The notes beneath the pieces were generated by a model. The model was not told the origin of the DNA. It made no database searches and saw nothing but the letters and a program-made list of their open reading frames with translations. Positions 1 to 14,400 of a DNA stretch of 64,000 nucleotides are shown in pieces. The stretch comes from Felis catus. Taxonomy: Eukaryota. Each line of letters begins with the position of its first letter. The first letter of the stretch is position 1. Location: positions 16,494,001-16,558,000 of the forward strand of contig NC_058383.1 in NCBI RefSeq assembly GCF_018350175.1, given 5' to 3'. The position numbers and the translations under genes are program-made.

Positions 1-2022
1 AAAATTCTATTTTTTTCTACTTCAATTTTTTGTAGGTTCTATTTTCTAGGAATTTATCCATTTCTTCTAGTTTGTCCATTTTTTTTGCCAATTCACTTTC
101 ATAACATTCTTTTACAATTTTATTTCTGTGGTGTTGGTTGTTATTTCTCCTCTCTCATTTGTAATTTTATTTGGGTTCTCTTTGTCTCTCTTTCTCTCTC
201 TCTCTCTCTGTCTCTCTCTCATGAGTCTGGCTACAGGCTCATCAATTTTGTTGACTTTTTCAAAGAACCATCTCCTAGTTTCATTGATATGTTCTTTTCC
301 CTTTTTCTTTTTTTAAAAGTTTTTATATAATTTATTTCTGATCTAATCTTTATTATTTCTTTTCTTATGCTGTTTTTTTTCTTTTACTGGCCCCTGTAGG
401 TGCAAAGTTAAGTTGTTTATTTCAGATTTTTCTTGCTTCTTGAGGAGGGCCTTATATTAGTATTAACTTCTCTCTTAGAACTGCTTTAGTCACATCCCAA
501 AGATTTTGGGTCATTGTGTTCTTATTTTCATTTTTCTTCATATATTCTTTAATTTTCTCTTTGATTTCCTGTTTGACTCATTTATTTTATAGTGGCATAT
601 TATTTAACCTCCATGTATTTGTGGTTTTTCTAGATTTTTCTTGTGGTTGACTTCTAGTTTCACAGAGTTGTGGTCAAAAAAGATGTACAATAGGACTTGG
701 CTCTTTTTGATATGTTGAGGTTTTTGCTTTGGCTTAATATGTGATCTCTTCTGGAGAATATGTGTACACTTGAAAAGACTGTGTATTCTGTTTTAAGATG
801 GAATGTTCTGAATATATCTGTTAAATATGTCTGTTTCAGTGTGTGATTGTTTCCTTGTCGGTTTTCTGTTTAGATGGTTTATTCATTAATGTTAAGTGTT
901 AAAGGCAACTGGAATAATTGTATAATTATCAATTAGTTTCTTTTTATTTTTTATTAACTGTTTTATACATTTATGTGTTTTCTTGTTGGGTGCATAAATA
1001 TTTCCATCTCTGATATCTTCTTGTTTGTCTCTTGTTACTGTCTTTGTTTTAAAGTCTACTTTGTCTGATACAAATATGCTACTGTGGCTTTCTTTCAACA
1101 TTCATTTGCATGATAGATGTTTCTTTATCTCCTCACTTTCAATCTGCTGGTGTCTTTAGGTCTAAAATGAGTATGCTCTTGTAGGTCTACAAGTGTGCTC
1201 TTGTAGGCAGCATATAGATGGATCTTGTTTTTTAATCCATTTTGATACCCTCTGTCTTTTGATTGGAGCCTTTAGTCCATTTACACTCAGAGTGATTATT
1301 GGAAGATATGAATTTAGTGCCATTGTGTTACCCATAGAGTTGGTATTTCTGATTATGTTCTCTGGTCCTTTATGTCTTTGTTACATCGGTCTTATTTTTT
1401 CTCTAAGATTCCCCCTTAAAATTTCTTGCAGGTCTGGTTTAGTGGTTACATCCATTAGCATGATAGATGGTTCTCCACTCCCTTACTTCCAAGTTGCAGG
1501 AGTCTTTAGGTCTAAAATGAGTCTCTTGTAGGCAGCATATAGGTGGGTCTTATTTTTTTATTCATTCTGATACCTATTTCTTTTAATTGGAGCATTTAAT
1601 CCTTTTCATTTAGAGTGATTATCAAAAGATATGAATCTAGTGCCATTGTGTTGCATGTAGAATTGGTGTTTTGGGGTAATATTCTCTGGTCTTTTCTAGT
1701 CTGTTGCTTTTGGTCTCTTTTGCTTTGTTTTGTATTTTTCTCCACTCAAAGAGTCACCCTTAAAATTTCTTATAGGGCTTACTTAGTGGTCATAAAGTCC
1801 TTTAGTTTTTGTTTATCTGGGAAACTCTTTATCTTTCTTATTTTGAATGACAGTTTTGCTGGATAAATAATTCTTGGCTGCATATTTTTTCCATTCAGCA
1901 CGTTGAATATATTCTACCACTCCCTTTTGGCCTGCCAGGTTTCTGTGGACAGATCCTTTAATATGTTGTTGAATTCCATTTCCTAGTATTTTGTTCAATT
2001 TTTTTTTGCATCAACGTTCATC

Positions 2023-2065
<43 letters not shown>

Positions 2066-2960
2066 ACATCACATCTTTTTTATCCATGCACTTATGGATA
2101 AAAACTTAGATTGTTTCCATGCCTTGGCTATGGTAAATAATGCTGCAAAAAGCCATAAAGGTGCACATACCTTTTCAAATTAGTGTTTTCATTTATTTGG
2201 GATAAATACCAATAGTGGAGTTAGTAGATCCTATGGTATTTTATTTTTAATTTTGGGGGGAACCTCTATACTGTTTTCCATAGTGGCTGCACCAATTTAC
2301 CTTCCCACAAACGGTTCATCAGATTTCCTTTTCTCCATATCCTCATCAACACTTCTAATTTCTTTTTTTTTATTCTAATGATTTTGATGAGCATAAAATA
2401 TCTCATTGAGGTTTTGATATGCATTTCTCTGATGATTAGTAATTTGGGGCACCTTTTTATGTATCACTTTGCCATTTTTCTTGGGTTTGTGTTTAATATT
2501 CCTATTTCTGTAACATCAATTGTAATGTCTCTCCTTTTATTTCAGATTCTATTTGAGTATTCTTTTTTCTTTATTAATTTAGCTAAAGACTGATCATTTT
2601 TGTTAATATTTTCAAAAAAGAACCGTGATTTTTTTCTATTGTGATTCTATTCTTTATATCATATACCCTGCTCTAATGTTTATTGTTGCCTTCATTGTAC
2701 TATGTTTGGGTTTTGTTTGTCTTCTTTCTAGTTCATTGAGCTGTAAAATGAGATTGTAGATTTGAGGTGTTTCTTTGTTTTAAATATGTTTATAGCTCTA
2801 AAGTCTTCTGTTAGCAGTACTTTGGCTGTATCCCATAAATTTGTGTTTTCTTTTGGTTGTCTGAAGGCAGTTCTACTTTCTTTTGTAATTTCTTTTTACA
2901 CCCATCCATTGATTGTTTGAATGTGTTACTTAATTTGTACATAATCATGGGTTTTCTATT
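1..2960 (-). mobile_element. Decayed LINE-1 fragments (ORF1/ORF2 junction, endonuclease, 3' pieces)
   Basis: T-rich antisense L1 sequence. Minus ORF 892..1101 resembles the L1 endonuclease (SDKVDFKTK..NIYAPN). Boundaries are approximate. Confidence 0.8.
2027..2062. repeat. (TA)n microsatellite
   Basis: Perfect TA dinucleotide run. Confidence 0.95.
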
Positions 2961-3838
2961 TTTTCTGCTATTGTTTTCTTTTTGTATTTACTTTGTTCAG
3001 CTTTTTGCTTGGTGTTTGGACAGAAATGATAACCTACAAGCTCTTTACATGCCACAAAGGAAACCAGAGTTTGGCTCTACTTTTCTTGAGTGCCCTTAGG
3101 CTTTTCTTTCTCTATGGTTGCTGTAAATTAAATCAGCTCATTTAGGAAGAGATTAGATGTCCTTTTTTTATGTCTCCCTCCAAGAAAAATTTCTGAAAAA
3201 GGGATGTGAAATTGGATGTGGGGACATTAGCAATTTATTTCCTTAGTGTGAGCATACTGTCAGTGGGGAGTTCTCAGTGGGGAGGGGCAGCAGCCTGAGG
3301 TACTTTTGCTTGCCTCGTTAGTCATTGAGCTATCTCCTTATACCCAAGGTGAGGGTGATGAGGGCCTCAATTTTGTCCAAAACTCGTCTAACCAAAATAG
3401 AGATTTTAGTACACAAATACAGCTTGAATAGAAGGGAGGCTTATTTTGCAAATGCAACTCCCAGAGGCTTAGTTTCAGAAACAGGTAGGTGGGGACTGAA
3501 TCACAAATGCTATACTGTATTTATCATTTTGGTATTATGGCAATAATGAATGACTAAGTTTTATTTGTGTAAATTCTTCATAATAAATATCTAATGTATC
3601 AAGCCATATTTTGAAAATTAAACATTGTAGTTAGACTGAAACTTCAATTCTGCCTTCTCTACTTAAAAGCTGTAGGACTCTATGTACAAAAATGAGTCAA
3701 GGAATCCACAATATAAAAGGGTGTAATGTATGACATCAAAAATATATAACATGTGGGGAGGGGGAATAGAAATTTAGTGCTTTTAGTTTGGGTTCAAACT
3801 TAACTTGGTCATCAACATAAAATAAACTACTATATACT

Positions 3839-4055
3839 GGGGCAACTGGGTGGCTCAGTAGGTTGAGTGTCCAACTTTGGCTCAGGTCATTATCTCACCA
3901 TTTGTGGGTTCAAACCCCATGTCAGGCTCTGGGCTGACAGCTCAGAGCCTGGAGCCTACTTCGGATTCTGTGTCTCCCTCTGTCTCTGCCCCTCCCCTGC
4001 TCATTCTTTGTCTCTATCTCTCAAAAAAAAAAAAACGTTTAAAAAATTTGAAAAT
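3839..4055 (+). mobile_element. CanSINE (feline SINEC type), tail interrupted by an LTR
   Basis: ggggc..gggtggctcag tRNA-derived head, CT-rich linker and A-tail. TSD-like aaact(a/t)ctatatact at ~3825 and ~4882, the second copy lying beyond the LTR. Confidence 0.88.
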
Positions 4056-4864
4056 TGTATTACACTCTAAGTCTAAAGTTCTCTCTTGTCTAGCAAGAGA
4101 GTGGGATGGATTAAAAGTGAGAGATGGCTAATGTCCAGGAAAAGACAAGAGCACCAAATAAGCGTCCTTGACCCGTATTTATTAAGATCAGAAGGCTTAC
4201 AAATGTGATGGGTGTGCACAAAGAGACAATGAATTGGTGAACATTACCTCATGGGCATGAGGGAAAATGGGGTTTTAAAGATACACAGTGTTTGGGGTTT
4301 GGGTCAATATAAAACAAAATCCTGGCACTAGGCAGATGGGCAAATAGTTGTTAAGGGCAGACAGGAGGTGCTGCCATGTCTGTTTATCTTAGCTAGCCTA
4401 GGGGATAAGACAGATAGAACAAATAACCTCAGGATTAACAAGGCAACTTTTCTTTTGTTAATGAACTCTGCTCTGGGCAGCTTTACCCACAGTGCAGTAG
4501 TCTATAGCCCTATTTACCTGTTTACCTAACTTGGTCCTTCCCTCCTGTGAAAGCAGCTTTCTTCTATAGTACTAAATTGGGGGGCACTTTTGCCCTGAAT
4601 GCCTAATCTTGCTTACCTCATATACCTTTGTATTGGGGAACTTTGCCCCCTCTCTATTCTGGGGACTTTGCCCATCCCTCTTTATTCTGGGGGCTCTAGC
4701 CACTCCCTATTTTATTCTGGGGCCTTTGCCTCATCCTACTACATTCTGGGGTCTTATCTTGTTCCTGCAAGTTTGGGTGAGAGCACCCTATGGCTTTGTA
4801 ATTCTTTTATGCCTTGTTAACCCATTGGTGTAAGCCAAGGGAATTTCTAATCTTATTCCCCACA
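4056..4864 (-). mobile_element. Probable solo ERV LTR (~810 bp)
   Basis: TG...CA termini (tgtatt...ccccaca), AATAAA on the minus strand near 4178-4183, tandem enhancer-like repeats at 4580-4755, and it splits a SINE from its TSD. No clean TSD of its own. Confidence 0.65.
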
Positions 4865-4939
4865 ACAAACAAACAAAAAACAAACTTCTATATACTTAAG
4901 ATGTTATATGTATAAACCTAATGTTAAACAAAAATCACA

Positions 4940-7900
4940 GGGAAGATGGCGGCGTAGGAGGATGCTGGGCTCACTGCATCCTACTGATTGCTTAGATTCC
5001 ACCCATATCTGCCTAATTTACCCAGAAAACCACCAGAAGACTAGCAGAACAGACTCTCCAGAGCCAAGCGTAGACAAGAGGCCCACAGAAGAGGGTAGGA
5101 AGGGCAGAGAGGTGGTGCATGCTACACGGAATGGCGGGAGGAAGCCAGGGCGGTGGGGGGGCAGTCAGCACACCTGGCAAGGCAGAGCCCCCGAGTCTGG
5201 CTTGCAAAAGTGGAGGGGCCAGACAGAGTGTTTTCTGACAGCCAGCGGGACTTAACATCTGGAATGTTATAAGTCAGCAGCTCTGCTCAGAGAATGGGAG
5301 GGCTAAAGGACAATGGGAGGGAGAGTTGTTGAGCCCCAGAGGACAGCTCAGCTTGGTGGAGAACAAAGGTACTCACCAGCGCCATCTCCTTCGCCCACCC
5401 CCCAGCCAAAATCCCAAAGAGAACCAGTTCCCGTCACGAACTTGCTTGCACCGCGCAAACACCCAATGCTGTGCTTCTGTGGATCCATCCACCCGACGGG
5501 TCTGCCTCCCTCCTGGTGCCACAGGGCCCCTCCCAAAGCATACCACCAAAGGCAAAGCGAGCTGAGCCTGCTCCTCCCGCCCCTGTGCACCTTGTGGATC
5601 CACCCCCGCTAATACGCCAGATCCCATCGAAGCAGCACCACAATCCTGGCAGTGTGCAAGTAGCCCAGACAGAGGCCACACCACCACAGTGAGTCCTGCC
5701 CCTGGGAGAGGGGAATATGAAGTACACACCAGTCTGACTGTGGCCCCAGCAGTGGGCTCGGAGCAGACATCAGGTCTGACGGCGGCCCCGCCCACCAACA
5801 CAAGTTACTCCAAACAGCACAGGGGAAGAGCCCTGCAGTTCCCCGCCACTCCAGGGACTATCCAAAATGAGGAGGAAGAATTCTCCTCAAAAGGAACTCC
5901 AGGAAGTAGCGACAGCTAATGAACTGATCAAAAACGATTTAAGCAATATACCAGAAAATTAATTTAAAATAATAGTCATAAAATTAATCACTGGGCTTGA
6001 AAAAAGTATACAGGACAGCAGAGAATCTATTACTACAGAGATCAAGGGACTAAGAAACAGTCAGGAGGAGCTAAAAAATGCTATAAATGACTGCAAAATA
6101 AAATGGAGGTGACCACAGCTCGGATTGAAGAGGCAGAGGAGAGAATAGGTGATTTAGAAGATAAAATTATGGAAAAAGAAGAATCTGAGAAAAAGAGAGA
6201 TAAAAAAATCCAGGAGGATGAGGGGAGACTTAGAGAACTAAGTGACATAATTAAACGAAATAATATACACATAATTGGGATTTCAGAGGAGGAAGAGAGA
6301 GGGAAAGGTGCTGAAGGTGTACTTGAAGGAATTATAGCTGAGAATTTCCCTGAACTAGGGAAGGAAACAGTCATTGAAATCCAAGAGGCACAGAGAACTC
6401 GCTTCAGATGTAACTTGAATCGATCTTCTGTGAGATATATCATAGTGAAACTGGCAAAATACAAGGATAAAGAGAGAATTCTGAAAGCAGCTAGGGATAA
6501 ACATGCTCTAACATATAAAGGGAGACCACTAAGACTCGTGACGGATCTCTCTACTGAAACTTGGCAGGCCAGAAAGGAATGGCAGGAAATCTTCAATGTG
6601 ATGAACAGAAAAAAAAAAATGCAGCCAAGTATCCTTTATCCAGCAAGTCTGTCATTTAGAATAAGATAAAGGTCTTCCCAAACAAAAACTGAAGGAATTC
6701 ATCACCACTAAACCAGCCCTACAAGAGATCCTAAGGGGGATCCTGTGAGACAAAGTACCAGAGACATTGCTACAAGCATGAAACCTACAGACATCACAAT
6801 GACTCTAAACCCATATCTTTCTATAACACTGAATTTAAATGGACTAAATGCACCAACCAAAAGACATAGGGTGTCATAATGGATAAAAAAAAAAACAAGA
6901 CCCATCTATTTCCTGTCTACAAGAGACTCATTTTAGACCTGAGAACACCTTCAGATTGAAAATGAGGGGTTGGAGAAGTATTTATCATGCTTCTGGAAGT
7001 CAAAAGAAAGCTGGAGTAGCCATACTTATATCACACAAACTAGACTTTAAATTAAAGGCTGTAACAAGAGATGAAGAAGGGCATTATATAATAATTACAG
7101 GGTCTATCCATCAGGAAGTACTAACAATTATAAATGTCTATGCGCCAAATAAGGGAGCCCCCAAATATATACAACAATTAATCACAAACATAAGCAACCT
7201 TATTGATAAGAATGTGGTAATTGCAGGGAACTTTAATACTCCACTTACAACATTGGATAGATCATCTAGACATAGGATCAATAAAGAAACAAAGGCCCTG
7301 AATGATACACTGGATCAGATCGATTTGACAGGTATATTTAGAACTCTGCATCCCAGAGCAACAGAATATACTTTCTTCTCGAGTGCACATGGAACCATCT
7401 CCAAGATAGATGACATACTGGGTCACAAAACAGCCCTTCATAAGTATACGAGAATTGAGATCATACCATGCATAATTTCAGACCACAATGTGATGAAGCT
7501 TGAAATCAACCACAAGAAAAATCTGGAAACCTTCCAAAAGCATGGAGGTTAAAGAACACCCTAGGGGCGCCTGGGTGGCGCAGTCGGTTAAGCGTCCAAC
7601 TTCAGCCAGGTCATGATTTCGTGGTCCGTGAGTTCGAGCCCCGCGTCAGGCTCTGGGCTGATGGCTCGGAGCCTGGAGCCTGTTTCCAATTCTGTGTATC
7701 CCTCTCTCTCTGCCCCTCCCCTGTTCATGCTCTGTCTCTCTCTGTCCCAAAAATAAATAAAAAACGTTGAAAAAAATTAAAAAAAGAAGAACACCCTAAT
7801 AAGGAATGAATGGGCTAACTAGAAAATTAGAAAAGAAATTTAAAAATATATGGAAACAAGTGTAAATGAAAATACAACAATCCAAACACTTTGGGATGCA

Positions 7901-10900
7901 GCGAAGGTAGTCCTGAGAGGAAAATGCATTGCAATCCAGGCCTATCTCAAGAAACAAGAAAAATCCCCAATACAAAATCTAACAGCACACCTAAAGGAAC
8001 TAGAAACAGAACAGCAAAGACACCCCAAACCCAGCAGAAGAGAAATAATAAAGATCAGAGCAGAAATAAACAATATAGAATCTAAAAAAACTGTAGAGCA
8101 GATCAATGAAACCAAGAATTGGTTTTTTGAAAAAATAAACAGAATTGATAAACCTCTAGCCAGGCTTCTCAAAAAGAAAAGGGAGATGACCCAAATAGAT
8201 AAAATCATGAGTGAAAATGGAATTATTACAACCAATCCCCCAGAAATACAAGCAATTATCAGGGAATACTGTGAAAAGTTACATGTCAACAAACTGGACA
8301 ACCTGGAAGAAATGCACAAATTCCTAAGCACCCACCCACTTCCAAAACTCAAACATGAAGAAATAGCTTGATCAGACCTCATAACCAGCAAAGAAATTGA
8401 ATAAGTTATCAAAAATCTCCCAACAAATAAGAGTCCAGGACCAGATGGCTTCCCAGGGGAATTCTACCAGACATTTAAGGCACAGATAATACCTATCTTT
8501 CTCAAGCTATTCCAAAAAATAGAAAGGGAAGGAAAACTTCCAGATTCATTCTATGAAGCCAGTATTACTTTGATTCCTAAACCAGACAGAGACCCAGTAA
8601 AAAAGAGAATTACAGGCCAATATCCCTGATGAATATGGATGCAAAATTTTTCAATAAGATACTAGCAAGTCAAATTCAACAGCATATAAAAAGAATTATT
8701 CACCATGATCAAGTGGGATTCATTCCTGGGATGCAGAGATGGTTCAACATTCACAAATCAATCAATGTGATACATCACATTATTAAAAGAAAAGATAAAA
8801 ACCATATGATCCTGTCAATCAATGCAGAAAAAGCATTTGACAAAATTCAACATCCTTTCTTAATAAAAACCCTCGAGAAAGTCGCAATAGAAGGAACATA
8901 CTTAAACATCATAAAAGCCATTTATGAAAAGCCCACAGCTAATATCATCCTCAATGGGGAAAAACTGAGAGCTTTCTCCCTGAGATCAGGAACATGACTG
9001 GGATGTCCACTCTCACCGCTGTTGTTTAACATAGTGTTGGAAGCGCTAGCATCAGCAATCAGACAACAAAAGGAAATCAGAGGCATCAAAATTGGCAAAG
9101 ATGAAGTTAAGCTTTCACTTTTTGCAGATGACATGATATTATACATGGAAAGCCTGATAGACTCCACCAAAAGTCTGCTAGAACTGATACATGAATTCAG
9201 CAAAGTCGCAGGATACAAAATCAATGTACAGAAATCAGTTGCATTCTTATACACTAACAATGAAGCAACAGGAAGACAAATAAAGAAACTGATCCCATTC
9301 ACAATTGCACCAAGAAGCATAAAATACCTAGGGATAAACCTAACCAAAAATGTAAAATATCTGTATGCTGAAAACTATAGAAAGTTTATGAAGGAAATTG
9401 AAGAAGATATAAAGAAATGGAAAAACATTCCATGCTCATGGATTGGAAGAATAAATATTGTCAAAATGTCAATACTACCCAAAGCTATCTACACATTCAA
9501 TGCAATCCCAATCAAAATTGCACATTCTTCTTAAAGCTAGAACAAGCAATCCTAAAATTTGTATGGAACCACAAAAGACCCCGAATAGCCAAAGTAATTT
9601 TGAAGAAGAAGACCAAAGCGGGAGGCATCACAATCCCAGACTTTAGCCTCTACTACAAAGCTGTAATCATCAAGACAGCATGGTATGGGCACAAAAACAG
9701 ACACATAGACCAATGGAATAGAATAGAGACTCCAGAATTGGACCCACAAATGTATAGGCAAGTATTCTTTGACAAAGCAGGAAAGAATATCCAATAGAAA
9801 AAAAGTCTAACAAATGGTGCTGGGAGAACTGGAAAGTGACATGCAAAAGAATGAAACTAGACCACTTTCTTACACCATTCACAAAAATAAACTCAAAATG
9901 GATAAAGGACCTGAATGTGAAACAGGAAACCATCAAAACCTTAGAGGAGAAATCAGGGGAAAACCTCTCTGACCTCAGCTGCAGCAAGTTCTTACTTGAC
10001 GCATCCCCAAAGGCAAGGGAATTAAAAGCAAAAATGAACTATTGGGACCTCATGAAGATAAAAAGCTTCTGCACTGCCAAGGAAACAATCAACAAAACTG
10101 AAAGGCAACCAACGGAATGGGAAAAGATATTTGTAAATGACATATTGGACAAAGGGCTAGTATCCAAAATCTATAAACAGTTCACCAAACTCCACACCTG
10201 AAAAACAAATAATCCCGTGAAGAAATGGGTAGAACACATGAATAGACACTTCTCTAAAGAAGACATCCGGATGGCCAACAGGCAATTGAAAAGATGTTCA
10301 ATGTTGCTCTTCATCAGGGAAATACAAATCAAAACCACACTCAGATATCCCTCACGCCAGTCAGGGTGGCTAAAATGAACAAATCAGGGGACTAGATGCT
10401 GGCGAGGATGTGGAGAAAAGGTAACTGTCTTGCACTCTTGGTGGGAATGCAAACTCGTGCAACCGCTCTGGAAAACAGTGTAGAGGTTCCTCAAAAAATT
10501 AAAAATAAACTTACCCTATGACCCAGCAGTAGCACTGCTAGGAATTTACCAAAGGGACACAGGAGTGCTGATGCATAGGGGCACTTGTACCCCAATGTTT
10601 ATAGCAGCACTCTCCACAGTAGCTAAATTATGGAAAGAGCCTAAATGTTTATCAACTGATGAATGGATAAAGAAATTGTGGTTTATATACACAATGGAAT
10701 ACTACGTGGCAATGAGAAAGAATGAAATATGGCCTTTTGTAGCAACGTGGATGGGCCTGGAGAGTGTTATGCTAAGTGAAATAAGTCATACAGAGAAGGA
10801 CAGATTCCATATGTTTTCACTGTTATGTGGATCCTGAGAAACTTAACAAGAAACCATGGGGGAGGGGAAGGAAAAAAAATGGTGAGAGAGGGAGGGAGCC

Positions 10901-11054
10901 AAAACATAAGAGACTCTTAAAAACTGAGAACTGAGGGTTTATGGGGGGAGGGAGGGGTGGGTGGTTGATGGGTATTGAGGAGGTCACCCGTTGGGATGAG
11001 CACTGGGTGTTGTATAGAAACCAATTTGACAATAAATTTCATATTAAAAATAAA
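4940..11054 (+). mobile_element. Full-length, relatively young carnivore/feline L1, inactivated (5'UTR, ORF1, ORF2, 3'UTR)
   Basis: Starts gggaagatggcggc. Has ORF1 (6103..6669), EN (6956..7552), RT (LFADDMI, 9022..9534) and C-terminal fragments. 15-bp TSD taaacaaaaatcaca at 4925-4939 and 11055-11069. Multiple stops and frameshifts. Confidence 0.97.
7564..7786 (+). mobile_element. Young feline CanSINE inserted in L1 ORF2
   Basis: ggggcgcctgggtggcgcagtcggttaagcg head with CpGs retained. TSD aagaacacccta at 7552-7563 and 7787-7798. Confidence 0.96.
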
Positions 11055-11400
11055 TAAACAAAAATCACAAACCTATATTAGACCCAAAACAAAAAAAAAA
11101 AAAAGAAAGTCAAGAATAATACTAAAGGAAACCAAAAAACCACAAGGGAAGAGGGCAAGAGAAGAGGGAAAGAACAGAGAAGAACCATAAAAATGACTGT
11201 AAAACAAGTAACAACTGGCAATAAACACATTTGTCAATATTACTTTAATGATAAATGGATTAAAATAAATGGATTCAAAGACATAGAATGACTGAATGGT
11301 TAAAAAGGCAAGACCCATCTGTATATTGATTACAAAAGACTCACTTCAGACCTAAAGACACACACAGTTTAACAGAGGAGGTATGGAAAAGAATTAAAGG

Positions 11401-14400
11401 TGGAGAGGCCAACATGGTGGAGAAGTAGGGGGATCCATACTTCCCTCATCTCTCAAAGAGGTGCTGAAGCCAAAGGACTTTGAATCCCAGAGTATGGGAG
11501 GGAAAGAGACTGAATCTACCAGGAAGAAAATGGGAAAACTGGAGAAATGATAGGCAGGTGATTGCAAACTGGGGGAAATAAGAAAGGCCACATGGGCATG
11601 GAGGGGAGGGATTCCCTTCTGCAGAGACAAAGGGAAGAGAAAGAGTGGCTAGGGAAGTGTAGGACCATGTCTGGACAGGAGAAAGACCTCGGACTGGGAC
11701 TGAGAGGGATCCTAACTGGGGGGCTTTCTTCAGACTGGTGCTGGATCCCTGTTCACACACCTGGGGAGGAAGGGAGCCAGGCTTGGGTTAGGTGGTAGGT
11801 CAGGGGCACAATCCACAGGTAGAGAAAGCGGTCCCCACCCTGGAGGGCTGTACAATAGTACAAAGCCTGCTTGCACCCACCACCTCCGGGTTCAGTGGCT
11901 GGGCCGAGGGTGTAGATCACTGTAGGAGAAAGGGTCCCCTCCCTAGAGTGCTGTGGAAAAAGACAAAGCCTGCCTGCATCTGCCTGCATCCGCCACCCCT
12001 GGGGCTTGGTGAGGTCAGCAGTGCAGTTCACAGTAGGAGAATGCGGTCTTCCCTGAAGTGCAGTGATACAGAAAAAGCCAGCTGGGACCACATATTAGGC
12101 CACACTGAGAGGGGCTTCCCCAGTGCCAGAGTGCATGGAGTGGGACTTTGAATCCTAGCCAAGCGCAGGGTCAGGGGAGTTGGAAGAGAGAGAAGGACCA
12201 CTACATCTGTGCCCATGGCACAGTAAGGATGACTCAAATGGAGTCCACAGGGTCCAGGTCTGTTGAGGCTGGGGTATCACCATTCCCCTCCCCCACCACC
12301 ACCACTAACGTGGCCTCAGGAATCAGTCCCAGGGCCCATAGGGGAGGTGGGTCCAGACTACACCGAACCATGCCCCTTCGCACTGGGTAACTGTGTAAAC
12401 TGACAGACCCTGTGAACAGTTCTCCCAGACCGGTGATGCAGCACTGTCTAGATTAATTCTACATCAATTCTGGATATATGAATATATACTCCCCCCAAAC
12501 CCCATTTCTCCTCCTTATCTCTTCCCTCCTCTAGGCTGGTTACTCTGGTTAGCAGTCTGTCTAAACAGACATATTTAATCCATTCTCTTGATACATGTTT
12601 TACACCTCCTTCTTTATATTCCTTTCTCTCTTTCTGGAATAATCAAGCCATATAGTCTCTGGGTAACTTTATCTTCATTTCTTTTTGCCCTCCTCCTTCC
12701 TTATTTTCCTTTCTCTCTCTCTGGATTAAGCCTTTCTCTCTGCCTAGTCAATGTTTATTTTTTCTTGGTCACTGCTGGTGTAATTTCTCTCTTTGTATGT
12801 GCTCTTCCATCAGCACCGTCTCGACCCTGTTCTTTACTTGTAGTAGGTGTTTTTGGGTTTTTTGTTTTAAGTTTTTTTGTTTTTCTTTATTGGTTTGGGT
12901 GTTTCTGTGTTTTGTCTCCTGTTTGTTTTCCTTTACAGGGTTACACCAAGGAACAAATCAAAGCACATCTGGTGGAGGGTCCAAAATATCACTATGAGTA
13001 GGGTAATAAAATAACCAAAGTCACAACAGAGAGCATGTACCAATCTCAAAAAAAAAAAACACTTCCTGAGGTGCCAGGCCCTGGAGTGTATGACCCCCCC
13101 TTTAATGTATCAGTGCTTGAAGGTGCAGAGATTACAACAAGCTTTTAAAACACATAAGGGACAGAAAACTAGCCAACATGATGAAATGGAAGAATTCTAC
13201 TGGAAAGAAATTCCAGGACGTAACAGCAGCTAACGAATTGATCAAAACCGACTTAAGCAATATAACTAAGAATTTAGAATAATAGTTATAAAATTAATTG
13301 CTGAGCTTGAAAAAAGCATAGAGGACAGCAGAGAATCTATTGCTACAGAGATCAAGGGACTAAAAAATAATCATGATGAATTAAAAAATGCTATAAATGA
13401 GGTACAAAATAAAATGGAGGTGGCCACAGCGTGGATTGAAAAGGCAGAGGGGAGAATGGGTGAATTAGAAGATAAAATTATGGAAAAAGAGGAAGCTGAG
13501 AAAAAGAGAGATAAAAAAATCCAGGAGTACAAGGTGAGAGAGAACTAAATGATGCGATGAAATGGAACAATACCTGTATGGTAGGAATTTCAGAAGAAAA
13601 TGAGAGAAAGGTGCTGAAGGTATACTTGAACAGATCATAGCTGAGAACTTCTCTGATCTGGGGAAAGAAACAGGCATTGAAATCCAGGAGGCACAGGGAA
13701 CTCCCTTCAGAGATAACTTGAATTGATCTTGTGCATGACATATCATAGTGAAACTGGCAAAATACAAGGATAAAGAGAAAATTCTGAAAGAAGCCAGGGA
13801 CAAACGAGTCTTGACATACAAACAGAGACATATAAGGGTAGTAGGAGACCTATATACTGAAACTTGGCAGGCAAGAAAGGAGTGGCAGGAAATTTTCAAT
13901 GTGCTGAATAGGAAAAATATCCAGTCAAGAATCCTTTATCCAGCAAGCCTGCCATTCAGAACAGAAGCAGAGATAAAGGTTTTCCCAGACAAAGAAAGAC
14001 TGAAAGGAATTCATCACCACTAACCAGCCCTACAAGAGATCCTAAGGGGACACTGTAAGTGGAATGTTGCAAAGACCACAAAGGACCAGAAACATCACTA
14101 CAAGCATGAAACCTACAGATAACACAATGACTCTGAATCCATATCTTTCGTTAATAACACTTAATGCAAATGGACTACATGCCACGATCAAAAGACATAG
14201 GGTATCAAAATGGATTAAAAAAAAAGACCCATCTGTTTGCTGTCTACAAGAGACCCATTTGAGACCTGAGACCTTTCAGATTGAAAGTGAGGGGGTGAAG
14301 AACCATGTATCATGCTCCTGGAAGTCAAAAGAAAGCTGGAGTAGCCATACTTATGTCAGACAAACTACACTTTCAATTAAAGGCTGTAACAAGAGATAAA

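Noticed and set aside
4908..5919. Overlapping GC-rich ORFs in L1 5'UTRs (also 11400-12400, 26100-27000, 52440-53345)
   Set aside because: Not conserved in frame between the homologous 5'UTRs in this window. Consistent with chance ORFs in GC-rich DNA.
4940..11054. Retrotransposition-competent L1
   Set aside because: Both ORFs have stops and frameshifts, and a SINE interrupts ORF2.
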